The position numbers and the translations under genes were made by a program. DNA of 64,000 nucleotides from Vampirovibrionales bacterium. GTDB taxonomy: Bacteria; Cyanobacteriota; Vampirovibrionia; Vampirovibrionales; JAJTHC01. Each line of letters begins with the position of its first letter. Within the stretch, counting starts at the first letter, position 1. The stretch is taken from NCBI GenBank assembly GCA_044346175.1, contig JBIIZQ010000001.1, positions 145,224 through 209,223 on the forward strand. The letters are read 5' to 3'. Under the pieces are notes generated by a model. It worked only from the letters and a program-made list of their open reading frames with translations, was not told the origin of the DNA and ran no database searches. Shown here in pieces: positions 28,241 to 38,727 of this stretch.

Positions 28241-30232
28241 TTATTTGAAAAGAGGTAATGCCTGACGTAGGCGTGCATTTTCCTCTTCAAGGGATGTGAT
28301 ACGTTCCAGCAAAGAAGGTAAATCTTCAAGCCCTTCTTGGGTCTTTACCGTTTTTTCTTGCAAATTACGGGTTTGCTGATGCTGTTGCTGATATTTTTTC
28401 ACACTTGAGTAGAGGGTCAAGCTGGGCGAGTGGCGTAGGAGTCCTGTCACCATGGTACACGCACGCTCAACGAGTTCAATTTCAAATTCACGTTGCAAGT
28501 TTGCATCAACATGCCCTGTATAAGGGTGCATGACACGCTGGCGGATACTCTGATTGAGCAATAATTTATGGCGGAGAGGGTCGTCGGATAACTTAAGTTG
28601 TGGGTTATACCAACGCAGGGCTCCATGGAATACGGATAACTCTTTACCTAAAAGATTACTCAGAAGATACGTTACTTGAGGCTGAAGCACCACGACATGG
28701 GCAATCCCCAGGAGGTAATGATGGAGGAATTCTGGGTCGAGCAAGGGCGTGCGTGCATCACGGTCATAGGTCATCACTAACACGGGCAGGGTTCGTTCGG
28801 TAGACAATAAAAAGCGTTGAAATTGGTCAAACGCAATGTCATCGCCTACTATCCAAGGACTTGGACGAAAACGGACAACACCATCAAACAAACCTAACTC
28901 TTGAGAAAGTTGACGCAGGAAATGTGGCATTTGACGATGTTTTACAGGTGTCATATGCCCACCCTTGCACACATACTGACTCAAGCTCATCAAGACATGC
29001 GTACTCTCCTCTTCAATATGCTCGTCTAACACTACCTGTGTGACCCACTTTCGTTGAGGCACCTGAGCATCGTCTTGAATAAATTGTAACGCCCAATAGG
29101 GTGGCTCCATGATAGCTTCGCACTCTGAGCCGCCAAAAGCTGCGTAATTCACTTGAAAACTTTCGCCTTGGTACGCCACGGCAGGTAAACGACATTGTTG
29201 GTCACGTACCCACTGGAGGACTTTACTTTGGACGTTTTCAATAATCAATGCTTTATCTTCATGCTCTCGTCCCACTTCAACCAGTAAATTAAACACAGGC
29301 TGAATACTTGTGGCGGGGTTAGGCATCCCTGCTTGTCCAGACGGTGTTACCTGAGAAGCACCATAGGGACCAGACATGGCATGTGCTTCATGAGACGGAG
29401 AGGGAGGCATATAGCTCGATGCTTGATGCACAGGCGTATAGGCTCTGTGAGAAGAACGCTTGTCATAGTAAGTATTCCCACCACCATAGCCTTGAGGGTA
29501 TCCTTGAGCCGTGCCTGTATCATAAGAAGAGGAAGAAGGATAAGGACGATATCCTGATGCCCCATGGAATCCAGCATCAGAAGGTTGCCCGTCATGGGTC
29601 GTGTAGCCCGATAAACCCCCTAGCTCAGGGGTGGTTGTTTGGGGTGCGTTGCCGTGTGGTATATGGGTAGAACTATGATGATTGGCGGTATGGCGAGAGG
29701 TCTCTTGACGAGGGTTTTCTTGTGCATAAAAGTTAGCATCGGGCGGATACCCATTGCTTTCATAGCCATAATGATGCGTAGGCACTGGTGCTGGATAAGA
29801 TGCTCCTTGGTAGTTTGAGGGTTTTCCGTAACGTCCAGCAGAAGGGTGGGAGGCTGCCGTCTGCCCATAATGTCCTTTAGGGTGACGATGTCCATGTGCC
29901 TCGTAACCTTGATAGGATTGGGGTGCTGCTGTAGAGGCAAAGGCTGGTACGGTATTTTGGGTGCCTTGAGAGAAGTTAGCTTGATGCGTGTACTCAGTGT
30001 GGGCTGTATCGATAGAGGGGTAATGATACCGCTCTGTGTCAGCGTTTTCTTCTGGTAGGGTGGGTCGCCCTGTTGGATGTGTGTAAGGACGTGAGGTTCC
30101 TAAGGGCAGAAAATTAGACGAATAGTCAGAAACGTTATCCCCTGTCGTGTCGTGTTGACCAGATGTCATACCAGTATCCTGTGTTGCTTGTGATACTTGA
30201 GGATTCACAGTGGGGTCATAAGAAGAGGTCAT
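28241..30232 (-). CDS. Protein with a Y/G/S/P/H/Q-rich prion-like N-terminal half, a structured C-terminal half and a terminal coiled coil
   Basis: 663 aa. The C-terminal domain has no recognised motif. Ends LERITSLEEENARLRQAL. Confidence 0.45.
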   Translation of the reverse strand: MTSSYDPTVNPQVSQATQDTGMTSGQHDTTGDNVSDYSSNFLPLGTSRPYTHPTGRPTLPEENADTERYHYPSIDTAHTEYTHQANFSQGTQNTVPAFASTAAPQSYQGYEAHGHRHPKGHYGQTAASHPSAGRYGKPSNYQGASYPAPVPTHHYGYESNGYPPDANFYAQENPRQETSRHTANHHSSTHIPHGNAPQTTTPELGGLSGYTTHDGQPSDAGFHGASGYRPYPSSSSYDTGTAQGYPQGYGGGNTYYDKRSSHRAYTPVHQASSYMPPSPSHEAHAMSGPYGASQVTPSGQAGMPNPATSIQPVFNLLVEVGREHEDKALIIENVQSKVLQWVRDQQCRLPAVAYQGESFQVNYAAFGGSECEAIMEPPYWALQFIQDDAQVPQRKWVTQVVLDEHIEEESTHVLMSLSQYVCKGGHMTPVKHRQMPHFLRQLSQELGLFDGVVRFRPSPWIVGDDIAFDQFQRFLLSTERTLPVLVMTYDRDARTPLLDPEFLHHYLLGIAHVVVLQPQVTYLLSNLLGKELSVFHGALRWYNPQLKLSDDPLRHKLLLNQSIRQRVMHPYTGHVDANLQREFEIELVERACTMVTGLLRHSPSLTLYSSVKKYQQQHQQTRNLQEKTVKTQEGLEDLPSLLERITSLEEENARLRQALPLFK

Positions 30233-30561
30233 GGGTTTTAATGATTAACCTTTTAATAAAAAACGATTATTAACACTTACTACTTCACTAAAACAACGGA
30301 ACGCTCAACACACATTCTCAATACACATTCAATGTAAGGCAGTTTGCCTTTTTAACATCCATCATCAACACTTCAACGAGCATATGTAATAAAAGGGGAG
30401 TTACCACTAAAAGAGGCTACCATAGCATGGTGTATTTGGTTTATCGTTTAAGGCAAAATAGCACCTTATTGACATCAATAAACAGGTACTTCATGCTACT
30501 TTATAGATACCATACCACAGTTCTTAGCAATCGACCATGCCTAAGATACTTGAGGCTTTGG

Positions 30562-32181
30562 CTATTCAATAGCCTCAAGCATACTGCTAGCGGTCATGGC
30601 TTCAGGCACTGATAGTCCTAGTACGGTTAAGAGGGTTGGTGCCACATTTGCCAAGCTAAAACGAGGGTCGGCTTTAAACTTAAACTCGTTGCCAGCTTGT
30701 CCTACCATGATGAATGGCACAGGATTGATGGTATGTGCAGTGTGTTCACCTCCATTTTCATCGAACATTTGTTCAATGTTACCGTGGTCGGCACTGACAA
30801 AAAGCGTCCCATTCACAGCAAGCACCGCCTCGGAGACCTCTTTCAAAGCGGCATCAATCGCTTTCACAGCCTCAATCGCAGCGGGTAGTTTACCACAATG
30901 CCCTACCATATCAGGATTGGCGAAGTTACAAATCATGACATCATAACGACGCTCAAGAATAGCTTCAACCAGTTTGGCTTTTACCTCTGGTAAGCTCATA
31001 GCTGGCTGCATATCATAGGTAGCCACCTTGGGGGAATCAACCAACACACGGGTTTCGCCTTCAAAGCATGCTTCACGTCCGCCACTAAAGAAGTACGTCA
31101 CATGGGCGTATTTCTCAGTTTCAGCGATGCGTAGCTGGGTTAACCCTGCTTTTGAAATCACTTCAGGGAAGAAGTCCACGAGCGGTTCTTTAGGGAATGC
31201 GACGGGTTGGTTCTTTAATTGACTGCCGTAAGAGGTCATACACACAAAGTGAAGGTCTTTCAGGACTTTGGAACGCTCAAACCCATTAAAATCAGGGTCT
31301 ACAAAGGCAGTCGTAATTTCTCTGGCACGGTCAGGGCGGAAGTTAGCAAAAACGACAACATCGCCATCTTTCATGCCGTCGTAAGTCAGGTCTGTAATGG
31401 CGGGTAGTACAAACTCGTCTAACACGTCTTGTTCATAACTTAAATGTAGGGCATTTAACGATAAGAGGTGTCTGCGTCCGTAAGATTGCGCTGTCATGTT
31501 GCCTGAGTCTTCCAAGGCACTGGCTTGTTCGGCATCCATGACCATGGTTTCATACGCCATTTGGACTCTGTCCCAACGGTTGTCTCTATCCATGGCGTAG
31601 TAACGTCCGTGAATGGTGGCAATTTGAGGGAGGTCAAGGTCAAGGAGGGCTTCTTCAATTTTACGTAACGAGGCTTCAGCCGACTTAGGAGGCACGTCTC
31701 TGCCATCCAAAAACGCATGCACTGCCACCTTGCTGAGTCCTTGCTGATGAGCCATTTTTAAAAGGGCAACGATGTGGTCCTCATGGCTATGAACCCCACC
31801 AGGACTCGTAAGCCCCATGACGTGAAAGCACGTCCCTCGTTGTTTCGCAAGTGCCATGGCATCCAACAGAACTTGGTTTTTTTCAAATAAGCTTTCAGCA
31901 ATATGTTTGTTGATTTTAGTCAATTCTTGATAAAGCACCCGTCCTGCACCGAAGGTCATATGACCCACTTCCGAATTACCAATTTGTCCATCAGGTAAGC
32001 CCACGAAAGACTCTGAGGCTTGGATAGCCACATGAGGCTGTGTGGCAAGCAGATGTTTAAACCAGTCTGCTGGGGCTTGCTCAATGGCATTCCCTGAAAT
32101 GTCCTGCGAGGTGGATAACCCCCAACCATCTAAAATCAGCAATACTAAAGGGGTATGGTTTGCAGTGGTGGTGGTCATCAT
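30562..32181 (-). CDS. gpmI: 2,3-bisphosphoglycerate-independent phosphoglycerate mutase
   Basis: 539 aa with full-length iPGM pattern (LLILDGWG, metal-binding DHG, SADHGN). Confidence 0.85.
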   Translation of the reverse strand: MMTTTTANHTPLVLLILDGWGLSTSQDISGNAIEQAPADWFKHLLATQPHVAIQASESFVGLPDGQIGNSEVGHMTFGAGRVLYQELTKINKHIAESLFEKNQVLLDAMALAKQRGTCFHVMGLTSPGGVHSHEDHIVALLKMAHQQGLSKVAVHAFLDGRDVPPKSAEASLRKIEEALLDLDLPQIATIHGRYYAMDRDNRWDRVQMAYETMVMDAEQASALEDSGNMTAQSYGRRHLLSLNALHLSYEQDVLDEFVLPAITDLTYDGMKDGDVVVFANFRPDRAREITTAFVDPDFNGFERSKVLKDLHFVCMTSYGSQLKNQPVAFPKEPLVDFFPEVISKAGLTQLRIAETEKYAHVTYFFSGGREACFEGETRVLVDSPKVATYDMQPAMSLPEVKAKLVEAILERRYDVMICNFANPDMVGHCGKLPAAIEAVKAIDAALKEVSEAVLAVNGTLFVSADHGNIEQMFDENGGEHTAHTINPVPFIMVGQAGNEFKFKADPRFSLANVAPTLLTVLGLSVPEAMTASSMLEAIE

Positions 32182-32570
32182 GGTTTAAACAATCTCCTAG
32201 ATGGAAACGAAAGAGGATGCAACGGAGGGTGTTTCGTGTCGTTTGTTGTGATTGGGCAATAGATGCCTCAAGCTACGAGACGATTATAACTGTATACCCT
32301 ATATATAGGTGTAGCACACCCATCGAGTAGGGCGGGCAGGTGGTAAAAGGACAATGAACCCTCCACACGAGATACTACTATCAATGCCATAAAGACACGT
32401 TCTTGAAAAGCGAAAGTTTCGTTGTGACCTACGTTTGCTTGGTAACATTGAGCTTATCCTGATTTGATGATATTTTTAGTGTAAATCCCGCTTAAGTCGA
32501 TAATATGTTCCCAATTTTAAACAAAAAACTTTTAAAGTGAGTTAAAGAAATCGAAAGTTAGGTTGAGTTT

Positions 32571-35500
32571 ATGGTGCTATACGACAACAAAGACAATAAA
32601 GTATCCGATTTCTTGGAAATGTATTTGGAGGAGGGTGCTTCATTACGTTTAGTATCAGCTTATTTCACGGTGCAGGCTTTTTTTAAACTACGCAATAAAT
32701 TGAATGGATTGAAAGAGACTCGCTTCCTTTTCGGTGAACCTCGCTTCATTCAAAAGATAAACCAGAAAGAAACAGAGTATCAACCGTTTAAAATAGAGGG
32801 GGAATCAATTAAGCCCAGTTATGCTATCAAACAAAGTTTACTTGCTAAGGCTTGTAAGCAATGGATTGAGAAAGATAGTGTACATATTAAATCTGTGAAA
32901 CAATCAGGCTTGCTTCACGGGAAAATGTACTATGTAACGAGTAAAACGAATGCTACTCAGGCAATTATTGGTAGTTCTAACTTTACTGAGGCTGGTTTAG
33001 GGTTCTCTCAGTCACCTAACATAGAGCTTAATATGACCGTTGAAGACAGACGGGACTGTCACGACTTAGAAAAATGGTTTGATAGCCAGTGGTGCAGTGA
33101 TAATTTAGTAGAGGATGTGAAGGCAAAAGTTTTATATTATCTTGAACAGTTATATCAAAAAGTCTCTCCCAAAACACTCTATTACAAAACGCTATTTCAC
33201 CTTTTTGAAAGACACTTAGAAGACAATCAAAATGTGGAAGATGCCGAAGCTAAAACAAGACTTCCTGAGACGGTTATATGGCAAGCGTTATATGGATTTC
33301 AAAAACAGGCAGTTCGTTTGGCTTTAAGTAAATTAGAACATTATGGTGGATGTATTATAGCCGATAGTGTGGGTCTTGGTAAAACCTATGAGGCACTTGC
33401 GGTTATTAAGGCATTTGAAAATAAGAATAAAGAGGTTTTAGTGTTATGTCCTAAAAAGCTGGAACGTAACTGGAAACAGTTTATTGAAAAACGGGACACG
33501 AATCCGCTCCTGAAAGACCGTTTCTCTTATACGGTAAAACCACATTCCATTTTTTCAACGCAAGAGGAAACAGCCTTTGCTTGGAATCATTTTGAACTTA
33601 TTGTAATAGATGAATCACACCATTTTAGAAATGAAAGTGCCTCTCGCTTTCAGAAACTTTTGGATGTTATGAAAACCTCCAAGCCTAAAGTTTTGTTGCT
33701 ATCAGCAACGCCTGTTAACAATAATTTAAATGATTTGAAAAACCAATTACGGTTTATTGCTTCTGATGAAAGTCATCATTTTGATGATGATATTTTAGGA
33801 ATTTCAAACTTTAAAACCTTGTTGGATCATGCCCAAAGAGAATATAAGGCTTGGTATGATTCTAAAGGGTCTGATACCAGTAAGGTGAAAAACCTTCAGG
33901 AGTGCCTTCCTATAGACTACTTCAAGTTGTGTGATGAAATCATTATTGCACGTTCTCGTAAGCATATCGAAACCTTTTACAAAGAAGATTTGGAGAAGCT
34001 AGGTGCGTTTCCTCGAAGGCTTTCTAACCTTTCTTATAAGACATACCCATTAAAAATAGGAGACCCACTTTGTTATGAGGAGTTGGCAGAATGTTTTGAA
34101 GACCTAACGCTTGCCTCCTATAAACGAAGTGACTTTATTAAACCCGAGTATCGTGAGCGATACAGAGGTATGAATCATGACCAAATTGTTGGATTGTTGA
34201 AAATAGGGCTGTTTAAACGTTTGGAAAGCTCTGTTTCCTCTTTTGCATCAACCCTTACTCGTATGATTGAGCGTATTGAAAATATTCAAACAGGCTTAGA
34301 ACATGCTAAGTTTGACAGAGACATACTTGACATCAATGACCTGTTTATTGAAGATGATACGCTCCTTGATGCTATGGAGACCCATAAGTATGACAGAGAA
34401 GGTATACCACTTGAACATATTGATATAGACACATGGCAACAAAAGTTAAGAGCAGATAGAGAATTATTGGAAAGCATGTTTGGCTTAGTGCAAGATGCAC
34501 AAGGTCAAAATGATGGAAAATTAGAAAAGCTCAAAACCCATATTCAAGACAAGTTAAAGCAAAATAATCGTAAAGTCTTAGTCTTTACGCAATACTCAGA
34601 TACTGCCTCTTATCTGTACAAAGAGCTAAAAGAATTGTTGCCTCATGCTTCTTTAGGACTGGTTACAGGCACAGAGACTAAAGCAACTTGTGGTGCTGTT
34701 GATTTTGAAAGTATTTTAAGCAACTTTTCTCCTCGTTCTAAAAAAAGACTCACCCATCAAGAAATTGATATTCTGGTTGCAACAGATTGTATTTCTGAAG
34801 GTCAAAACTTGCAGGATTGTGACCAAGTGGTTAACTACGATATTCACTGGAATCCTGTTCGTCTTATCCAGCGTTTTGGACGAATTGACCGTTTGAATAG
34901 TCAAAATAAAGCCATTCAAATGGTTAATTTTTGGCCAACAGAGACCCTAGAAGATTATCTTAAGTTAGAAAGGCGTATTTCTGGAAAGTCTGAGCTTGCG
35001 AACTTAAGCACCTCAGGGAACGATAATGTTTTAAGTGATGAAAGTGTTGAATATGATTACCGTAAGAAGCAATTTGAAATTATTGAGGACGAGTCAGGTC
35101 ATCTGGAAAATGTCATGAAAGATGACTTAGATTTTTCTTCACACTCTTTCAATGACTTTATCACTGAGTTGTTACAATTTTTAGGCACGCAAAAAGAAGC
35201 CCTTAGGAAAATGCCACTGGGGTTACACGCTATTGTTGAATCAGAAACTCAAGCATCTCTTGGTACGATTTTTTGTTTGAAACAAACTGTGAATACGAAG
35301 CGTAACAAGCATGTGAACGCTTTTAACCCGTACTACCTCATTTACGTTACTGAAAAAGGTATACAGGGTACCTCTATAAAAACCAGAGCTGAAGCATTTG
35401 AGACTCTAAACCTTTACAGACAACTATGTAAGGATAAACATCGTCCTAATGAGGAGCTTTCAAAGTGGTTTGATGAAAGGCTTGAGAATCAGAATAATGA

Positions 35501-35669
35501 CTTTGATAACCTCTTGAAAAGAGCCATTGCTTCGCTTTCTTCTGATTATAAACATCAAGTAGAAAAACTTATTGACAATTTTGATATTGAGTTACCTCAA
35601 TTTAATGAGAATGAAGCCGTTACAGATGAATCAAGTTTAGAGCTAGTCACATGGTTAATTATACGTTAG
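32571..35669 (+). CDS. PLD-family nuclease domain fused to an SNF2-family helicase
   Basis: 1032 aa. N-terminal HxK..GSxN motif (LHGKMYYV...IIGSSNFT). SNF2 motifs: [23 protein letters not shown], helicase-C [12 protein letters not shown]. The gene is AT-rich. Confidence 0.8.
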   Translation: MVLYDNKDNKVSDFLEMYLEEGASLRLVSAYFTVQAFFKLRNKLNGLKETRFLFGEPRFIQKINQKETEYQPFKIEGESIKPSYAIKQSLLAKACKQWIEKDSVHIKSVKQSGLLHGKMYYVTSKTNATQAIIGSSNFTEAGLGFSQSPNIELNMTVEDRRDCHDLEKWFDSQWCSDNLVEDVKAKVLYYLEQLYQKVSPKTLYYKTLFHLFERHLEDNQNVEDAEAKTRLPETVIWQALYGFQKQAVRLALSKLEHYGGCIIADSVGLGKTYEALAVIKAFENKNKEVLVLCPKKLERNWKQFIEKRDTNPLLKDRFSYTVKPHSIFSTQEETAFAWNHFELIVIDESHHFRNESASRFQKLLDVMKTSKPKVLLLSATPVNNNLNDLKNQLRFIASDESHHFDDDILGISNFKTLLDHAQREYKAWYDSKGSDTSKVKNLQECLPIDYFKLCDEIIIARSRKHIETFYKEDLEKLGAFPRRLSNLSYKTYPLKIGDPLCYEELAECFEDLTLASYKRSDFIKPEYRERYRGMNHDQIVGLLKIGLFKRLESSVSSFASTLTRMIERIENIQTGLEHAKFDRDILDINDLFIEDDTLLDAMETHKYDREGIPLEHIDIDTWQQKLRADRELLESMFGLVQDAQGQNDGKLEKLKTHIQDKLKQNNRKVLVFTQYSDTASYLYKELKELLPHASLGLVTGTETKATCGAVDFESILSNFSPRSKKRLTHQEIDILVATDCISEGQNLQDCDQVVNYDIHWNPVRLIQRFGRIDRLNSQNKAIQMVNFWPTETLEDYLKLERRISGKSELANLSTSGNDNVLSDESVEYDYRKKQFEIIEDESGHLENVMKDDLDFSSHSFNDFITELLQFLGTQKEALRKMPLGLHAIVESETQASLGTIFCLKQTVNTKRNKHVNAFNPYYLIYVTEKGIQGTSIKTRAEAFETLNLYRQLCKDKHRPNEELSKWFDERLENQNNDFDNLLKRAIASLSSDYKHQVEKLIDNFDIELPQFNENEAVTDESSLELVTWLIIR

Positions 35670-37525
35670 ATAAGCCATATATTCCTGTACCTCTTAAGCC
35701 ATTACAGCTTAAGAGGAAGCGTAGTTTTTCTGAGATGTATCATCCTTTACCGATACACCCTCAAAATAAACTACAGGAGCTTTTTCGTACGTTGATTTGT
35801 GATGCGAAAGCAGAAGATGCTTTGGCATGCTTTGAGCATCTAGGGTGGGATATTTCTCAACGTTTAGAGGGTATCGGCTATGAGAGTCCGTACGCTTTTG
35901 TAGAGAGTCGACCTCAGGGTGCAAGGTTTGATAAAGAAAAGGCATTATTCTGGCAATGGCATAAAGTTCAGTTACTTTTTAGGTCGCATTATAGCCCTAA
36001 GCGGTCTTCGGGTTTTATTGTTTTAATGGTTCAAATGGATTCTTCTGAAGAAGATAAAAACTATAAGGTCATTTCTCACGAAATCGCTAAATGCTATAAA
36101 TGTTCTGTTTTAATTCTCTATGTGGTAGCGGATAAAACATTATATATTCAGCATGTGGAAAAGCGACCAAGTAAAGATACTAGCTCTAGAGAAGTCATAA
36201 AGGATAGTTTCTTTAAACAAGTGAGGCTTGATGACTTGTATCTCAGCAAAACATTAGACTGGTTAGAAGGCTTTTCATTAGAAACGCTCAATCATGTCGT
36301 TCAAGTGAGTCGAACGTTGAAAAGTTATCCTGTTGAAACGGCTACAGGTGATGACCCATGGGTAAATGGCGTATTAAAAGAGGATGAGCAACAGCATGCT
36401 TCCATGATGCAAAAAAGTGATAACGACTCTGAAGAAGAAGATGACTCTGATGAACCTAAAAGAAAAGATAATAATGACTATGTGAGAATGTATCTTCGTG
36501 AGATTGGACGTATCAAGCTGTTGAACGCTACTGAAGAAATCGAGCTAGCAAAGCAAATAGTAGAGGATGAGTCTTTGGGTGCAACAGCCAAGGAAAAGTT
36601 TGTAAAGGCGAACTTACGCCTTGTTGTAAGTATCGCTAAAAAGTATCTGGGGCGTGGTTTAGAATTTCTTGACCTTATTCAAGAAGGTAACTTAGGACTC
36701 ATTCTTGCTACTGAAAAGTTTGACTACGCCCGTGGATACAAGTTTTCAACCTATGCCACTTGGTGGATTCGTCAAGCAATTACTCGTGCTATTGCCGACA
36801 AAGCACGAGTGATTCGTCTTCCTGTCCATATGGTTGAAACAATTAAAAAACTTAAAAAAATTGAGAGTAAGCTTGAACAAGCACTCAGCCGTAAGCCTGA
36901 TGAGGAAGAGCTTGCCAAGCACATGGGTATCAGTATTAGCAAGCTACGTGAAATTATTCAAGTAGCACAGGAACCCAAATCATTAGACCAGCCTGTAGGC
37001 AAAGAAGAAGGAAGCTGTTTGATTGACTCTATTGAAGATAGCAATGCCGCACGCCCTTTTAAAGATATGGCAGATACACTGCGAAAAGTAATCCTAAACC
37101 ATTTATTTGAATCTCAGCTTTTACCCAGAGAACAAGAGGTATTACGCTTACGTTTTGGCTTAGGTGATAATCGTGAGCGTACCTTAGAAGAAGTGGGGCA
37201 GTTGTTTGGCTTGACTCGTGAGCGTATTCGTCAAGTTGAAGCAAAAGCTTTGAGCAAATTACAGGGGAACTCCGCAAAGAGAGAGATGTTGATGTCTTTG
37301 AAGCATCTTGTTGAAGCAGATAATCTATCAACCATTCGACAGCTTGAAATAATGGAGTCGATAAGCTTTGAAAACTTTAGAGCGATTTTTATCAAAGCAG
37401 AAGCCCAATTCTTGCGTACCGAGCAAGTGAATAGCATCTTAGGGATGTGTCGCCGTATTTGGGTTTTAAAGATGAAAGTATCTCCTCGTTATAAGGCTTA
37501 CTTCAAGAGGAAAGGTCTGCCATGA
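35651..37525 (+). CDS. Sigma-70 regions 1.2-4.2 module embedded in a fusion protein: ~250-aa novel N-domain, sigma module, ~90-aa C-extension
   Basis: 624 aa. Residues ~277-535 are ~80% identical to the rpoD at 52222..53331 ([25 protein letters not shown]...[13 protein letters not shown]). The start ATG lies inside the last codons of the PLD-SNF2 gene (19-nt overlap). A possible internal start is MMQKSD at ~36401. The last 20 nt come from the dcm-derived repeat. Confidence 0.75.
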   Translation: MVNYTLDKPYIPVPLKPLQLKRKRSFSEMYHPLPIHPQNKLQELFRTLICDAKAEDALACFEHLGWDISQRLEGIGYESPYAFVESRPQGARFDKEKALFWQWHKVQLLFRSHYSPKRSSGFIVLMVQMDSSEEDKNYKVISHEIAKCYKCSVLILYVVADKTLYIQHVEKRPSKDTSSREVIKDSFFKQVRLDDLYLSKTLDWLEGFSLETLNHVVQVSRTLKSYPVETATGDDPWVNGVLKEDEQQHASMMQKSDNDSEEEDDSDEPKRKDNNDYVRMYLREIGRIKLLNATEEIELAKQIVEDESLGATAKEKFVKANLRLVVSIAKKYLGRGLEFLDLIQEGNLGLILATEKFDYARGYKFSTYATWWIRQAITRAIADKARVIRLPVHMVETIKKLKKIESKLEQALSRKPDEEELAKHMGISISKLREIIQVAQEPKSLDQPVGKEEGSCLIDSIEDSNAARPFKDMADTLRKVILNHLFESQLLPREQEVLRLRFGLGDNRERTLEEVGQLFGLTRERIRQVEAKALSKLQGNSAKREMLMSLKHLVEADNLSTIRQLEIMESISFENFRAIFIKAEAQFLRTEQVNSILGMCRRIWVLKMKVSPRYKAYFKRKGLP

Positions 37526-37612
37526 TTTTATCAGCAAGGGCTTTGCCTAAGGCTACGGGTACGGCATTGCCTACCATTTTGTAACCTACGGCAACATCTT
37601 TGTAGTGAAAAA
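37506..37612 (-). pseudogene. Exact 107-bp inverted copy of the 3' end of dcm (residues ~296-331), a fragment only
   Basis: The reverse complement of 37506-37612 is identical to 61069-61175. The track's 74-aa ORF 37503..37727 ends [35 protein letters not shown], identical to Dcm. Confidence 0.85.
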
Positions 37613-37682
37613 ACAAAAAACTATGACGAGGAGAAGCTAGCATTGTAAACAAACCATCCAAAACTGACGAGACATAACACGC

Positions 37683-38645
37683 TTGAGCGAAAGGCAACCA
37701 TGCCACTATACTAAAACAGTATACCATGAGCCATGCTTGAACCTGTGCTTAAGACATGCTGCTATCTTTTCCTCATACCCCAATGTAAGGTACCCTTCTC
37801 ACGTGATGAATGCCCCCCCACCCCCTCTTAATACAACCCATACTGCTGTGGTGTTTGGTGCCTCAAGCGGCTTAGGACAAGCCTCCGCAGAAGCCCTTGC
37901 CCTAGAAGGCTACCACGTTGTGACCGTTGCACGACGGGAAGAAGCCCTTACGGAACAAGCAGAGACCTTCAAAGCCACCTACCCCACCTGCCATGGTACG
38001 CTTCTCCCTTTGGCTTGGGATTTAAACGATAGTACGCAATGGGATGCGCTACCCCCACGTGTGGCTGACCTTTTAGGGCATCATCTCGGTTGTCCTACGC
38101 CTGTTTATCCTGCCGTGGTACTCCATAACAGTGGCGGTCCTGCCGTGGGGCATGCACGTAGTTTTTCTACAGCTACTTGGGAAGAAACCTTCAAACAACA
38201 ATGTTTACGTGTCATTGCACTGGATGCCCACTTCATACCCGCCATGGTGGCTCAAGGGTATGGTCGATGGTTGGCTATTACCTCGGTTGCCGTGGCACAG
38301 CCCGTCCCTCACCTTGCTCTTAGTAATGCAAGCCGTGCAGGACTCACGGGCTACATGAAAAGTCTTGCTCATGAGCTTGCACCTCAGGGTATTACGGTGA
38401 ATGCTATTGCCCCAGGCTTGTTTGGCACAAGCCGTTTAACCCATCTTTTTGAAACCCAAGCTCAGGCTCAAGGACTTTCACCAGAAGCCTATCAAGCCAG
38501 CCAGACCCAACACATCCCTATGCAAAGACTTGGCACACCCAAAGAATTTGCCCATGCTGTGACGTTTTTAGCTTCCCCTTTGGCGAGCTACATCACAGGA
38601 ACCACCTTACACATTGATGGTGGACTCCACAAAGGGCTTCTGTAA
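37683..38645 (+). CDS. Short-chain dehydrogenase/reductase (SDR)
   Basis: Rossmann motif VVFGASSGLGQA. The likely real start is MNAPPPP at ~37809. Confidence 0.7.
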   Translation: MSERQPCHYTKTVYHEPCLNLCLRHAAIFSSYPNVRYPSHVMNAPPPPLNTTHTAVVFGASSGLGQASAEALALEGYHVVTVARREEALTEQAETFKATYPTCHGTLLPLAWDLNDSTQWDALPPRVADLLGHHLGCPTPVYPAVVLHNSGGPAVGHARSFSTATWEETFKQQCLRVIALDAHFIPAMVAQGYGRWLAITSVAVAQPVPHLALSNASRAGLTGYMKSLAHELAPQGITVNAIAPGLFGTSRLTHLFETQAQAQGLSPEAYQASQTQHIPMQRLGTPKEFAHAVTFLASPLASYITGTTLHIDGGLHKGLL

Positions 38646-38727
38646 CTCCCATATTTGTTGATAGATAGGCATTTGATAGTGTTTAGGTTTATTCATGTTA
38701 CCCTAAAAAAGTCAATGTTTATTTCTT

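Larger units (their letters stand above)
32519..37622. mobile_element. AT-rich (~38% GC) genomic island flanked by a 12-bp direct repeat AAACAAAAAACT. Integration mechanism unknown.
   Basis: Composition and codon usage shift sharply at ~32.45 kb and ~37.6 kb. The 12-bp repeat sits at 32519-32530 and 37611-37622. The island contains two overlapping genes plus the dcm 3' fragment. No integrase or transposase is present. Confidence 0.4.

Noticed and set aside
30546-30576. 9-bp stem-loop cttgaggct...agcctcaag that looked like the gpmI terminator
   Set aside because: It spans the gpmI stop codon itself and lacks a downstream U-tract. More likely it is coding-sequence symmetry.
32571-37525. Complete DISARM or BREX-type system
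   Set aside because: Only a PLD and SNF2 fusion is present. No DrmA/DrmB (DUF1998), PglZ, BrxC or adjacent intact methyltransferase exists. It is at most DISARM-like in one component.
37503-37727. 74-aa ORF on the minus strand looked like a small methyltransferase-like gene
   Set aside because: Its C-terminal 35 aa are encoded by the exact dcm-derived repeat and the rest is out-of-context read-through. It is a gene fragment, not a functional CDS.
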